DNA from: Eledone cirrhosa
Taxonomy: Eukaryota
Assembly: GCA_964016885.1 (NCBI GenBank)
Contig: OZ024742.1
Coordinates: forward strand, 92,566,001 to 92,630,000
Length of the DNA: 64,000 bases
Direction: 5' to 3'
Both the position numbers and the translations under genes were made by a program. Shown here piece after piece: positions 39,271-52,800 of this stretch. The notes beneath the pieces are model-generated. The model did not search any database. It was not told where the DNA came from and saw only the letters and a list, made by a program, of their open reading frames with translations. How positions within the stretch are numbered: position 1 is the stretch's first letter; every line of letters starts with the position of its first letter.

Positions 39271-41910
39271 CACGCACATACATTTATGTTGTGTGGTTCA
39301 CCAATGAATAGAACTGGTCATTCTGTTTAGTTAACCATGATATAATAGTATGAAAGGCACTCTACATTATGCAACTCACACACATATATATATTATACAT
39401 AAAGTCATGTGTTAAATTCCTGGTAATGCATTGTGTCCTTGACCAAAACACTTTATAACCCACTGCTTCAGTCAACTCGACTGGAGAAAAGATGTTGAGT
39501 CTAAATCAAAGGGATGGTTGTGTCACACAGAAACTCCCTGAGAATTACATTAAGTATGTATGTGCTTGTGGAATCCACAGCCAATTGCACATTAGTTATA
39601 TACCCAGGCTGTTCCATTGGTCAAACAACTGGAATATTTTTCATCAGAACCAATGGGGATCCAACATACATAAAATACACATACAGACACATATTTATTA
39701 TAATAAATATTCGCTCTACAGGTTTTTATATTTATATATATATAATCCTTATTGAGCCCTCTTTGAATTTTAGTCTTCACATTTACTAATACTATATATA
39801 TATATATTATACACATACACACACACGTGTGTGTGTGTGCACGCGCGCAAATAGGTTTAATTGTATTCTGACACAATGGCCACAATGTTTCACCAAAATG
39901 TTCAATAAGCTTCATCAGAGCATACATACATACATAACACTAAAGTTGGCCAGATATTTGTTATTTTGTGTTCAAGATGATGCAGAATGTGACAACTTGG
40001 CTAACTCATGCCAGTGTGGAGAAACAGATGTAAAATGAAGGTGTTGTGTCTAAGCGAAACAATCTTATGATTTATAGTGTAGTACATATAAAATAATCAA
40101 GATTCAATACAGCCTAATAATCTATATCACACTAAAACTACACCCTTCATCTCATAAGCTATTTGATGTACTCAACAGTACTGTGATATAAATGATGTAG
40201 TTTTAAAATTAAAACAAGACACTCAAAGTAAAAATTGTGTTGATAATTGTAGCCTAATGAGATCTTTGTTGCTTGATGGGTTGAAGATCACAAGCAGATA
40301 AAATACTCGCTGATCTTCAACACATTTCTTTTCAAACCAATAAAAATAGAAACATGTAGAATTCTGGGCCTCTTTATCATTTTCTTACTCAGTTTGATTG
40401 GGATACAGATGGCCATCTATTAGAATGAACAATGTGATGTGGAATGCCTCTTTCAGCACACTCTCTTGTCATTCCTTGGATAACAAAACAGCAATATTAC
40501 TGAATAACTGTATAACTGTAATATCATAATATTTTAACTGCATATACAAATGTAAAATGTTCTATGCTCTATGACATTTTAACACCGAACTAAACATCAT
40601 AAAGTTTGTTGTCATACTTTCATTTCCAAGTAACAAATTATTCATGGGGCCCTAAGAACGCCATCATAAAATACAGTGTCTTGGGCATGTAAGCCTGGCA
40701 GATCTCATCCCTCTCTAGGGCTGAATACAGCTGATTTCTTCCAGAGAAAGAGAGGAAAAAAGCAAGAGAATGTGAGAGTGAAATAGAAGAAGAATTATCT
40801 CCAATACTTGACTGGTATCTCAGTTATCAACCTCAAAAGTGAAAGGCAAAGTTGACTTCACTGGGATTTGAATTCAGAGCACAGAGCAGAATAGAATATC
40901 AATTCACTAACTTAACTCTTAATGTCCAGCAACGTGCATTCTTGGAAACTACAAAACAGCACTGTGACTGCATCGCATTAAATCTAATATTGCATATTTT
41001 CTCAATGATCTATCCACTGGTAAAGATACTATAAACATTTCAATTAACAAATCTGATTTTAGATATTTTCTCTTTATGCTAAATCATCACAGAAGGTTAT
41101 GAATTAAACTAACTTTACATAAAGATGTATCTGAGAACAGGAATATGTAACTAAACAATATCAAATAAAGAAGGATTGTCTTTCAACACTTTTGCAAAAA
41201 CAGGGCACACATATCCTCTACAAATAGATTTAAAAATCTGTACATACATAAAACAACCTCATATACATATATATTGAAAACATGATTTTTTTTTGTCATC
41301 AGACACTGATATTATATAATTCAATTTATTATATTCTTCCATAAAAGATTTTATTTATTCTCTTGTAAAGAGAAACAGGAGCCAAATAACATTAATAATG
41401 GCTTCTAATATAGGTACAAGGCCAGTAATTTGAGGGAAGGGTAGGGGAAAATAAATTAAAGCAATCCCAGTACTTGACTGGTACTTTACTTTATCAACCC
41501 CAGATAGACAAAAAGCAAAGTCACCCTTTGCAAAATTTTGAATGTAAAGAAATGAAATAAATAGCACAAAATACTGTCTCCAATGTTCTACAAAATGTGC
41601 CAATCTCCTGCCCATAATAATAACAAAAATAAATGCTTTCAACCATTCAAGTTGCAAAATAATGTGAATAGTTAAAATAATTGTTTCTACTTTAGGCACA
41701 AGGTCAGCAATTACCCAGTGCATTACTGGTACTTTATTTTATCGACCACGTAAGGATGAAAGGCAAAGTCAACCTCGGCGGGATTTGAACTCAGATCGTA
41801 AAGGGACGTAACTATGCTGGAAAGCATGGCGTCCGACCCTCTACCGATACTGCCAATCCATAAAATAATGACAGATGGAACGGTACCAAGTTTTCAATAA
41901 AATATGCTTC

Positions 41911-41952
<42 letters not shown>

Positions 41953-44903
41953 TAGATAGATAGATACATAATACACATTTTTAAATACATACAAATGCAT
42001 CATGCTTTTACATGCAAACAATACTAAAGGGTAAATCCATGCTTGATAATATTTTTTGAAATTAATAATAATGATAATAACATTAGTGTTGCAGCCATTT
42101 TTCGGTGTTTCTTGAGCCCTCTAATAGCCGGTTGCTTGTATTTGACATTGTTATGCATTAGTAATAATACAAAAATGGGAGAAAGGCAGTAAAAATAATA
42201 ATAGAAAGGGTGTTTATAGTTGCGTTGGGGATGATCTTTAGAATGCTTGCTTTGTAAATATTGATTGTATTCATTCCAATTCTCTACGGTGTAACTGTGG
42301 GTTTGTTATCCTTGTTTATTTTCAGAGACACAGAGTTAAAGGGATATACAGAAAGAGGGTATGTATCAGCTTAAAATGGTAGTTTCCAATCTTTGCACCT
42401 CAACATAGTCGTGTATCGTAAAATATAATTTGGTGCACCACGAAAGAACACAATTCTGTTTCAAAATGTGAAATATACAAATTGAAATTCATAATAAAGT
42501 TTATATGTAATTGTCGAAGTGGAACACAATTACACTAAGAATGGAAAACATTACCAAAAAACACCAAGCATTCTTCCATTTATTGATTATGCTAATATGT
42601 ATAAACTCTCTTTTGAATAAATTTTCAAATTTAAGAAGAACAATATTTTGACTTGATCTGAAAAGTTGTTTACTTGTTCTTAAAGTTCATTGTGAGTAAA
42701 ACAATTTTAGGAACCACTGGTGTAAGGCCATAAAGGGATATAATTCTTCTAAATTATATCTTAGGGGGAAATTACTCTATAATTCTGTATGTGGGAGAGG
42801 GGAGGATGGTAAAAGAAAAAGAGAGAAACATCCCATGTAACTGTATATCTTTGTGCGTGTGTGTGTGTGTGTATAAATGAGAAAGGGGGATTATTTCTAT
42901 ATAACTCTGTAGTGGGTGTGTGTTTGAGTACATGTGCATAAAATGAGGGACAGGGACAAAATGTAAATTTTTATTTCAAATTTCAGAAGGAGTCACTTAT
43001 ATCATATGCTTATTCATTTATTTAATCTTTTGACAGTCTCCCCATACAAATGTCCAGAATAATGGGAATTAACAGGAGGAATTAATTTTTAAAAAAGATT
43101 TCAAAATATCACACAAAGAAGTGTGCTGAGCAAATTCCAGGAGTTGAAACTGGATGTTAAGAGCCATGCTTGAAGACTGACAGAATACCCACCACCCAGC
43201 CCACAGAAATATAAATCTGATTAGGCACAAAAACATTAGACTATACTCAAAGACATTATAGATACTATTGACAAGGAGACTACATTGACTGATGTACCAC
43301 AATAGATGCTAGTCTTATTTAAATTGTTTGTAGTATTAGTAGTATACTAACTTGAAGATTGAAATTGTGCAAATATGGTCAATAACACTAAAACTGAGAG
43401 GGTATCTTAAGCTAATAGACCCCGAATCAGAAATTGCTCTCCCACAAAAGACTGTCCATATATTCAGGAAAATAATGCCTGTCTATTGAAACATGACAGG
43501 CAATGGAAGAACCAGTAATTAGCATTTTTACTATGCTAAACATCCATAATGATAATAATAATTTCAAACATTGGTATAAAGTCCCAAATTTATAAAACAA
43601 TGATACAGTGAATTAAATTCACGAACAGCATATTACTGGTACTGATTTTAACAATTTAAGAGGGAAGAAAGACATTGACCTGGCTGAATTTGAAAATTCA
43701 TAACTAAATACCACAAGGCTTTTGGCCTCATCAAGCAACTTAATGGCAGGAACAGCAACAACAAGTCAACAATGACAAACAAGAACAACACACAAACAAA
43801 AAAAAAGTAAAATAGCTTTACAGATTGATGATGATGATCATGATGATAATTATAGTGTCTAACATTACAAGGCCTCAAATTTCAGAAGGAAAGATATAAT
43901 TGATTTAGTTGACACCAGTATTTTACTGGTATTTGTCAAAATTTATTTTATCAACATCAAAAAAGTATGAAAAATAAAGTTGACAGCGGCAGGACTTGAA
44001 CTCAGAATGTAAAGCGTTGTAAACAAATGTCATAAGGTAGTGCCCCTGCCCAACACTTTCTGCCAATCTACCGTTCTTGGTAATAATAATAATAATAATA
44101 GGAAACAAAAAAAAAATGAATGACACACAATGAAGGCAAAAACAGAAACATTTTTTAAACAAAATTTGTTATTTTGTTAATTATCATTATGAATTCAAAT
44201 GTAACAAAGCCAACATGCAAATGAGTAGCTATCTAATGTTAGTAATGACTTGTCTCTATGGTTACCAAGAAACCTGTTGAGTCAATTGAATAGTTTAGGT
44301 TAGTAAAAAAAGAGTTAGTATTAAAGATAAGTGAGAGACAGAAGGCTTTACGACATAGACAGACAGACAGATAGATAAAGAGAGTGACAGACAGAGAGAG
44401 TTTAAAAACAAACAAACAATGAAACCATACATGAGACAAAGAGCAAGTAGATGAAAGCAAAACATGAGACAAATTGGAGGAGCATCAGAATCATTGTCAT
44501 GACAGTTGACAGAGGATGGTGAATGTAAATAAATAAACATACAAATGAAGAGATAAAGTAAAAGACACTACAGATTGGAATAGCTTTGCATAGAGAACAC
44601 ACAGATTTGCAATGTTAAAAAAGAATTAAATGCTTATAAGAAATTGTCTTTGAGCATGCACGTCCATACATGCACATATGTCTATCTTGTGTACATGTAT
44701 ATATGTGTGTATGTGTGTTTTATTATAGCTGTATAGCTATACCAGTGACATGAAGGCCAGATGTTTCATGCCTAAAGGTGGAAAAGAGCCTTTGAGCAAC
44801 AACATTTTGTTATTCAATTAGTGGTACAACTTTATTGTTATAATAAAATGTATATTGCTCTACCCATGTATTGGGAATCATTTCTCCTGTTTGCACAGCC
44901 AAA

Positions 44904-44944
<41 letters not shown>

Positions 44945-45869
44945 ACATATATATACATACACACACACACATACAATACCATGATGGGTATGTAGCCTGT
45001 CATGGGGCACACATGTCTAACATCAGTTCTAGCATGGAAAATATACTTGTGCAAACAAGAAAAAGAGTACTCAATACTATGCAGTAGAGTAAATTACTTA
45101 TTTATGTAAGTCATTGTGTAACTAGCTCGTGTTTTTTCCAAGTAGTGCATTGATCATTCAAGCTTTATCAAAGAGAGTTTTCACTTTAATAAAGCCTGAA
45201 TAATCCTACCACAGGTGAAACTGCATAGCTATGGAATGAATCAATAACTTTACATAAAATACACACATACAAACATATATGTTCACACACAGATGGATAA
45301 TTGGCAGTTAGTGCATGAAATAAGCAACAGTTTTAGCAGACAAGTAATTAAATCATGTTTATATATACATACAGTGAAATTACCTAAAGAATCTACATGT
45401 AATGAGATATTATAAAAATAAAATACAGGCAGGTAGAAACCTGAGCAAACGTGATTTAAAATCAGGTTTTACTTTTGTGTATATATAGCTACTTGAGTAA
45501 TTTCATAGTATGAAAGAATGAGCCCCAGCTATGTAAAGATAGAGGCAAGCTGCATATTTAGCATACAGGATTTTGTCATACATCACAAAATTAGTAGTTT
45601 CATAGTTTGTGCTGTTAAATGTACACGTCTCTCGCTTTTCTTTTTTCCTAATCTATTTCTTTGCAAAATGTATCATTGTCTTGATTAAAAAAGAAAAATG
45701 AATGCTTAATAAAAAGAAATAATCTCTTCAGGAACAAGTTGTAAAAATAAAAATAAACAAAAATAAAATAAACAAAAATAAACTAAAAGTAACACAACAA
45801 AACAATAGTTATAATTTTCATGGTAGTTGGTGTAAAGACAATTAGAAAACATGCCATATTGATTCTAAA

Positions 45870-46336
<467 letters not shown>

Positions 46337-48702
46337 AGCCCAATCTGCATTAAATGTCTGTTTTCCCCACACTGTTAATTACAGAGGAACATTGTAGCCA
46401 TGCCATTTGTATGGTGCAAATCTAATGTTACTAAGAGTAGAGAGAAGAAGGAAATTAGGATCCATTAGTAATAAAAGGCCTTAAACTGAGAAAAATTTGA
46501 ACAGAACAACACAGAAATGGAAAAATAATGGGACTCCTTGTAGTTCACTAACTGGTAATATCATTCTCGTGGATTGAAATGAAATAAAATTTACAGCTCC
46601 CACCTATGTAGGTTTAGCTGGTTTCCTACATGGTTACATCCCATAAGAGGTTTCTCTGGTGTCTTAATGATAGAGGTCACACTCCTATCAAGAAAAGCAA
46701 TGTGAAAAGAAGCATCTTGCTCAAGAATACAACACACTGCCTGGTCGAAGAGAGGAAACTACTATCATTTGACTGGTAGTCCAACACGCTAGCTGGGCAG
46801 TGAATACAAAGCAGTCCTTTGGTGAAGTACCAGGGCCCAATATTGAAGCAGGCCCCAAGATAATTAGGGGACTTTTGTCCAAAGTTGCAATACTTAGACA
46901 GATATATTCCTTATATATTATGGTAGAAGACACTTGCTCAAGGAGTCAGGCTGTAGGATTGAACCTGGGACCACATAATTGTGAAGAAAATGTTTTAACT
47001 ATATGGTTATGTCAGAATTGACATGACACCACTGAGAGGTGGATCTCTATTCCAGATTGTTTACATAGTGCTCATATATACATACACACACACACCACAG
47101 CAATAAATCTGGCCAGAATTAAATGCTGCACTTTGAACTACTATCCAATACACATATACAAGTCTGTTATAACTATAAGGAAAAGAGCTGATACTATTTA
47201 TCAGTGGCAACTCCTGGCAGACATGTCACTACTTTTCTGATGATATGAAGCAGGATTTGAACTAAGAGCACACAGAGACAGAACTGCTACTGCAAATAAT
47301 TTTGATTGACACTTTAACAATTCCGTCAATCCATTTGTCGACCCCAGAAAGAAAAAAGTCTAAGTTGAGCTCATCAGGATTTGAATATAGAGCACAGAGA
47401 GCTTGAATAAACATGAAAACATTTAATCTGATGTTCTACTAACTGCCAATTCACCCCCCTATAACTCACTATAAGAGCATATAAAAAGATTGGTTTGAAA
47501 GTTAGTAACAGAGGAGAATTAATGAAAAACTATAGATGTAGGCAACTGACTAGGACTACAGAACATTACCAATATACTAAAGAGACAACTAACAAGAGGC
47601 TATCTTATTAACTACAACACTATTCTATTATAGCAAGCACAAACTTTATATTGTTAACATTCACTAATTAGTTCTAACTGCTTTCACATGTTTTGTTTTT
47701 GTTCTATATATTTTCATTATTTTCCCTAAACCATGATTAAACCAACAAACTATGTTGATTATAGGATTTGAGGACAATTTTCCTTCAACATATTTCAACA
47801 TTTTTTTATTTACTATCAGGGAGAGAAAGGAAGTATCTATGATCCTTTTCAAGGCCTCCATGACATATGAGAGGGAGGGATGGCGGTATCCTCAAACAGG
47901 TGACCTGATCTGAGTACTTGTAACAGAATGGACTCTGCTAAAGGCAGTTATGTGCCATGTGATGGTATTAAACAGCTAAGTAGCCCATATTAGGATTAGC
48001 ACAAAGAGCCAAACCAAAAACTACAAAGCATCATCTGTCATTCTATTAATTCTGCCTATCCTGTATTGCTACTTTATAAATGCTGTTATGATGAAAGGCT
48101 AAGTTGACTTCAGCAAGATTTGAAATCAGAGTGCAGAAAAAATACAGCAAAGCATCTCATCCTTTGCTCTAATAATTCTGCTTACACACCACAACTCAGG
48201 ATTGGTATATTATTTTATCGACCCCTCAGAAGGATGAAAGGTAAAGTTCATATAGGAGCTTATGATGGTGGAATAATACTGACATTTTCAGAATGTTGTG
48301 TTGGAAAAACACTAATACTATTTTGTATTTTAACAATGAAATAAAGAAAAGAAAATAAGAAAAAAATAAAAGAAAGAAAATTATGATATAATCTATGAAA
48401 GTTGATCCTCCACCACAGAAAATAAAAATAAAACGAGAAGAAAAAATGGGTAAATTTAAATACTAGAATGGTTTTTAGAGATATATTACACTTTTAAAAA
48501 AATATATACCTGTCTGCTTCATGTATTGATAGCAAAAATAAATATTTAAATTAAATGACAGCGGAATCACTTATCAGTAAACAATGAAAGCAGGCAGAAT
48601 TTAAAAGAAAGAAAAAAAAATTAAACTATATAATAATGATAATAGCTGATATTGATCTAGCGTGATTTTAGCGGCAGACGTTTGTACTTAAGGGCTTCTT
48701 AC

Positions 48703-48714
48703 CTCATTGGGAGT
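48703..48714 (-). CDS. Candidate 12-nt microexon (TPNE)
   Basis: CATTCCATCTTTACAG|ACTCCCAATGAG|GTAAGA: consensus splice sites, phase 0-0. Confidence 0.6.
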
Positions 48715-50012
48715 CTGTAAAGATGGAATGATAATTGTGAAGAACAATGAGAATAGATAAGACTGACACACATCTATGCTAGGTTATGTGGCAGCAGCTA
48801 TGATTTATTTGTGTGTGTGTATATATTAGTGTGTTTTGGGGGACTGAATGTGCAGGCAGATCGTCACTGAATGATTTCTTGACATGATACAATCTTTTAA
48901 CCATTAAATATAACAATAAAGTTGTTGGAATGTTATCTTGGAGGTATTTAATTAGTCTTTAAAATTTTGGGATAAAATACCTTCTTCAAAAGAAGAGTTA
49001 AAGAAATTATGTTGGAACAGGATACTTCATGTTGTTCTTAGGCTGGCATTTTTTAATCTTTCAGATTAAAAAATGATAGCATAAGAACAACACAAAATAT
49101 CCTGCTCTGATTCAATTTCCTTAACTCTTGTTGTTTAGGCCCAGATCAACCTTGATCCTGTAGAGATCTTTCAACTGTGAATATCGAGTGTATTTTTTCT
49201 GGTATGTTATATATCATAGATTATCTAATATCTTTTCTTGATAAGGCAGCAAGGTGTGATTTTTAAGTAGATTTGGTTGCCATTTCTCACATGTTGAGTG
49301 TCAACACAAAGCCCTATGTTGGTTCACATATCTAGTATATATATATATATGTGTGTGGACACACACACAATAAACTGTAAGTAATGGCATTATTGTTTAT
49401 TTTTAAAAATGTTTTTATAAAAACATCTTTAAACAAGGCTGCAGTATTTCTAGAGTTAGTGTAAAGAAAATGGCAGCAGTTTTGGAGACAGATATATCTA
49501 TTTTTTTTTTTAGAGAACATCACGCATCTGCCATTGTACATCAGGTTTTGTCAAGAATTAATATATATAAAATATATAATTCTACTTTTCTTCCTTCCTA
49601 GTTTTCATAAAACAATTTTTGAAATAGACTAAAATTTTCATTCTGAAAGAGAATTTTAAAATACTTCATATTCGTGGAGACACCAAAGAAAAAAAAATAA
49701 AATAAAATAAAATAAATTGAAACAAAGTTATGTTTATGGTTTCTTATATATAACCATAAAATCATGATTCTAAACACATTGCAAATAAATGGCCAAAGCT
49801 ATTCCAAACTGTAGCATGCAAGTTGTTCCACTTTCTGTTTGAGAAATACAATAGATGAGAGAGAGAGAGAGAGAGAGAGACGAAAAGGTAGCAGAAAACA
49901 AACGTGGTGGTGGACTACATTCAGGTTTTGTCGAGATAGAGAGAGAGATGAAGAGAGAGAGAGAGAGAGAGAGGGAGATAGAGAGAGAGAGCAGATTGAG
50001 TGAGACACAAAC

Positions 50013-50054
50013 CTTGATGAGGGGAGTGCTAGGCTGCTCGACAATGAAGCTTTC
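50013..50054 (-). CDS. Candidate 42-nt cassette exon (ESFIVEQPSTPLIK)
   Basis: CACTGACCTAATACTTTCCAG|...AAG|GTTTGT, phase 0-0, open frame; TGCATG about 195 nt downstream. Confidence 0.6.
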
Positions 50055-52359
50055 CTGGAAAGTATTAGGTCAGTGTTTAAATGAGACCACAGTAAAATCA
50101 GGTCACAATAGAACAAGGAAATAGGAATAATAATAAGCAGTGAACCAAATAATCTAACAATAAGCACACTTTTCCTCCTCAGCTATAATTGTTCATATAT
50201 CTAGACAACATTTCTAGTGCTGGTGACACGGTAAAATGCACAGTTCACACTGTAAAAGAGTCAGTGATAGGAAAGTCATTTAACCAATAAAGTCATGCCA
50301 AAACTATGAACAGTAGAGTAAAATACCCCAATAAGAATTTTAATATATGACACAGAAATCTTTTGAAAGATACATACATACACATACAGATGGAATGGAT
50401 GCCCATTGGTTTCAAAAGCTCATGAAATTAACATGCAAACGAGTGAGCATCCTACAGACGTGTTCTTAATTTAATTCTCGGAGAAATTCAGCAAAACACA
50501 ATGTGTGACAAGACTGATCCTCTGAATTACAGCTACAGTCCATCAAATGGGCTTCCAAATCATTTTCATCTACACAAACTCATTCGCAAGGCTTGCATAG
50601 GTCTCAGACTAAGTTAGTCATTTGTCCAAGATGTCATGCTGGGATCTTATGATTGAGTAGCAAACCTCTAAATCATTTGACCAAGCTGTGTTTACAGAGA
50701 CACATATATATGCTCAATAAAAAGTAACTACGAGCTAGATAAATTTGGCAATAAACATGACACCCACTAAACAGAAGAACTGGTTTCAAGAAATGACTTC
50801 AAAACAAAATAATCAACAAAAAGAGAAAAACTAAATAGATATAAAAATATCCTTGCACAAATGAATATCATAATCAGATATCTGATCCATGGCAGGATAT
50901 TTAAATCTGCAGGACATAACTTGAGCTGGTGTCATGATAACATGCTGTCCACTTTGTAAAGTGGTACTGTTAGTGCCACTATAAAATGTATCCAGTCACT
51001 TCTGTAAATGGTAGTGCTGGTATCATGATAAAGTGTATTTAATACATTCTGTAAAATGGTAGTGCTGGTGCCATGATAAAATGTGCCCAGTACATTCTGA
51101 AAAGTGATTGGCATTAGGAAGAACATCCAGCTGTAGAAACCATACCAAAAATGGAGCTTAGAATGAGACAAAGTTCCCCAGCCTGTCCAGTCTCAAACCA
51201 TGACAATCTTATCAACTAAGCATGGAAAGCAGACATGATGATGATGATGATATACTTCGGTGTAGACAAGAATAAAAATGGGGGAAATAGAAAAAGAAAC
51301 TAAATCTTAACATAAGAGTGAAGAAAACTTGTTTGAGCTTACTTAATTGAACATCTTTACCAGCTGGTCAAAAACTCTATAAAACATTAACTACTAGGGA
51401 TTAGTTTTAAGACAGCTTGTTAGCTGTTAAAACAGTTAGGAGAGGGAATTTCAAACAATGAAGGAAATTAAATAAGAGTGAGAGAGAGAGGGCAGATGAA
51501 TGAAGAGTGAGATAAATCAAAAAAAGAGACTAAGAATTACTTAATGGAAAATACTGAAAGAAGGGGTTCTGGAAATTTAACAGTCAACAGCCACAAAAAT
51601 GAAAAAAAAAAAAAAAATAGCAAGCAAACTTATTACTTAACAACAGATAGACTAGATGAAGGGACTTGACAACAATAATTCTTCCAACATCAAAAGCAAT
51701 ATAGGGGAAAAAAGTAGAAAAAAAAAAGGACAACACAGACAGACATTTTGACAACTCACAGACATACTGGAAGACAGCATGGTTGATAAATAGTCCGAAA
51801 GAATTAATATTTTATATTTTTAAATAAATATAAAGTCATCAAAAAAATTAAACTTAAAAAAAAAAAAAAAAAAAAAAAAAGCAAATTTTAAAATAAAACA
51901 AAACAGCAAAGCAATCTATATTTCGAAACCACAACATTACAACATTAAAGATAAGAAAAAAAAAGGAGAAAAGAAAAGAAAATCAGAATAAAAAAAACAA
52001 AAAAATGCAAAATATAAACAAAGTTAGTGTTCTAAAACAATATCAAAGGTGTAGAATGACTCAATTGACAAAGTGGAAATATATATATGTGTGTGATGGA
52101 CTCTCCCATTGATGAGGATCTGAACAACAAATTCAGTTCAGATGTTTATATCGGGCATGGCATTTCAGACCAGCCAAGGATTTGCAAGTAAGTCCATAAA
52201 TCATGCAAGGGTAAAGAGGTTTACTGGAAAATGTTGTTGGCATGTTTGATAATGATTTTCTCCTTGCTTCTTGTAGCCTATGGATATATAACCAGATTCA
52301 AAGTTCCTGATCCCATTATAACACATAGATCTCCAGTTCTCCCACTGTAAGGCCATTTG

Positions 52360-52800
52360 CTCAAAAGCTACGGTGTAAACCTAAGAAGTCTTGGGATGAG
52401 GTGATAAAAGCTAACCTTGCACAACTGCACCTCTCAAAGCTGGTGGCACAGGACTGAGATCTCTGGTGTTATACAGTAATACAGAAGACCCACCTTCCTA
52501 TGAGCTCAGGTTGAAGCATACATCAAGTATTCACCACCTTCCTCTCCATTGCCCCTTCCATACACCTCCCATGTCCCAACACCCTACCCACATCCCCAGC
52601 CCACACTGTAAAGTGGTTGTCTTGGTGCCATGACAAAAAGTGCCCAACCTACATTGTAAGGTGGTCGTGTAGGTGATATGACAAAAAGTGCCCAACCTAC
52701 ATTGTAAGGTGGTCGTGTAGGTGATATGACAAAAAGTACACAGTCTATACTGTAAAGTAGTCATGTAGGTGCCATGAGAAAAAGTGCCCAGTCCACTGAA
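52360..52800 (+). mobile_element. Degenerate RTE LINE 3' end with tandem 45-50 bp UTR repeats
   Basis: Reads KPKKSWDEVIKANLAQLHLSK; same family as 7213-8423, opposite orientation. Confidence 0.65.

Noticed and set aside
51340-52030. U-rich stretch with several AG/GT pairs (7, 13, 16, 28, 44 nt)
   Set aside because: All combinations tried shift frame or hit stops; no coherent exon
52600-52800. Regularly spaced 45-50 bp repeats resembling a CRISPR array (also 62320-62610, 50930-51130)
   Set aside because: Eukaryotic intron; tandem units of LINE/SINE 3' UTR with no unique spacers and no cas genes
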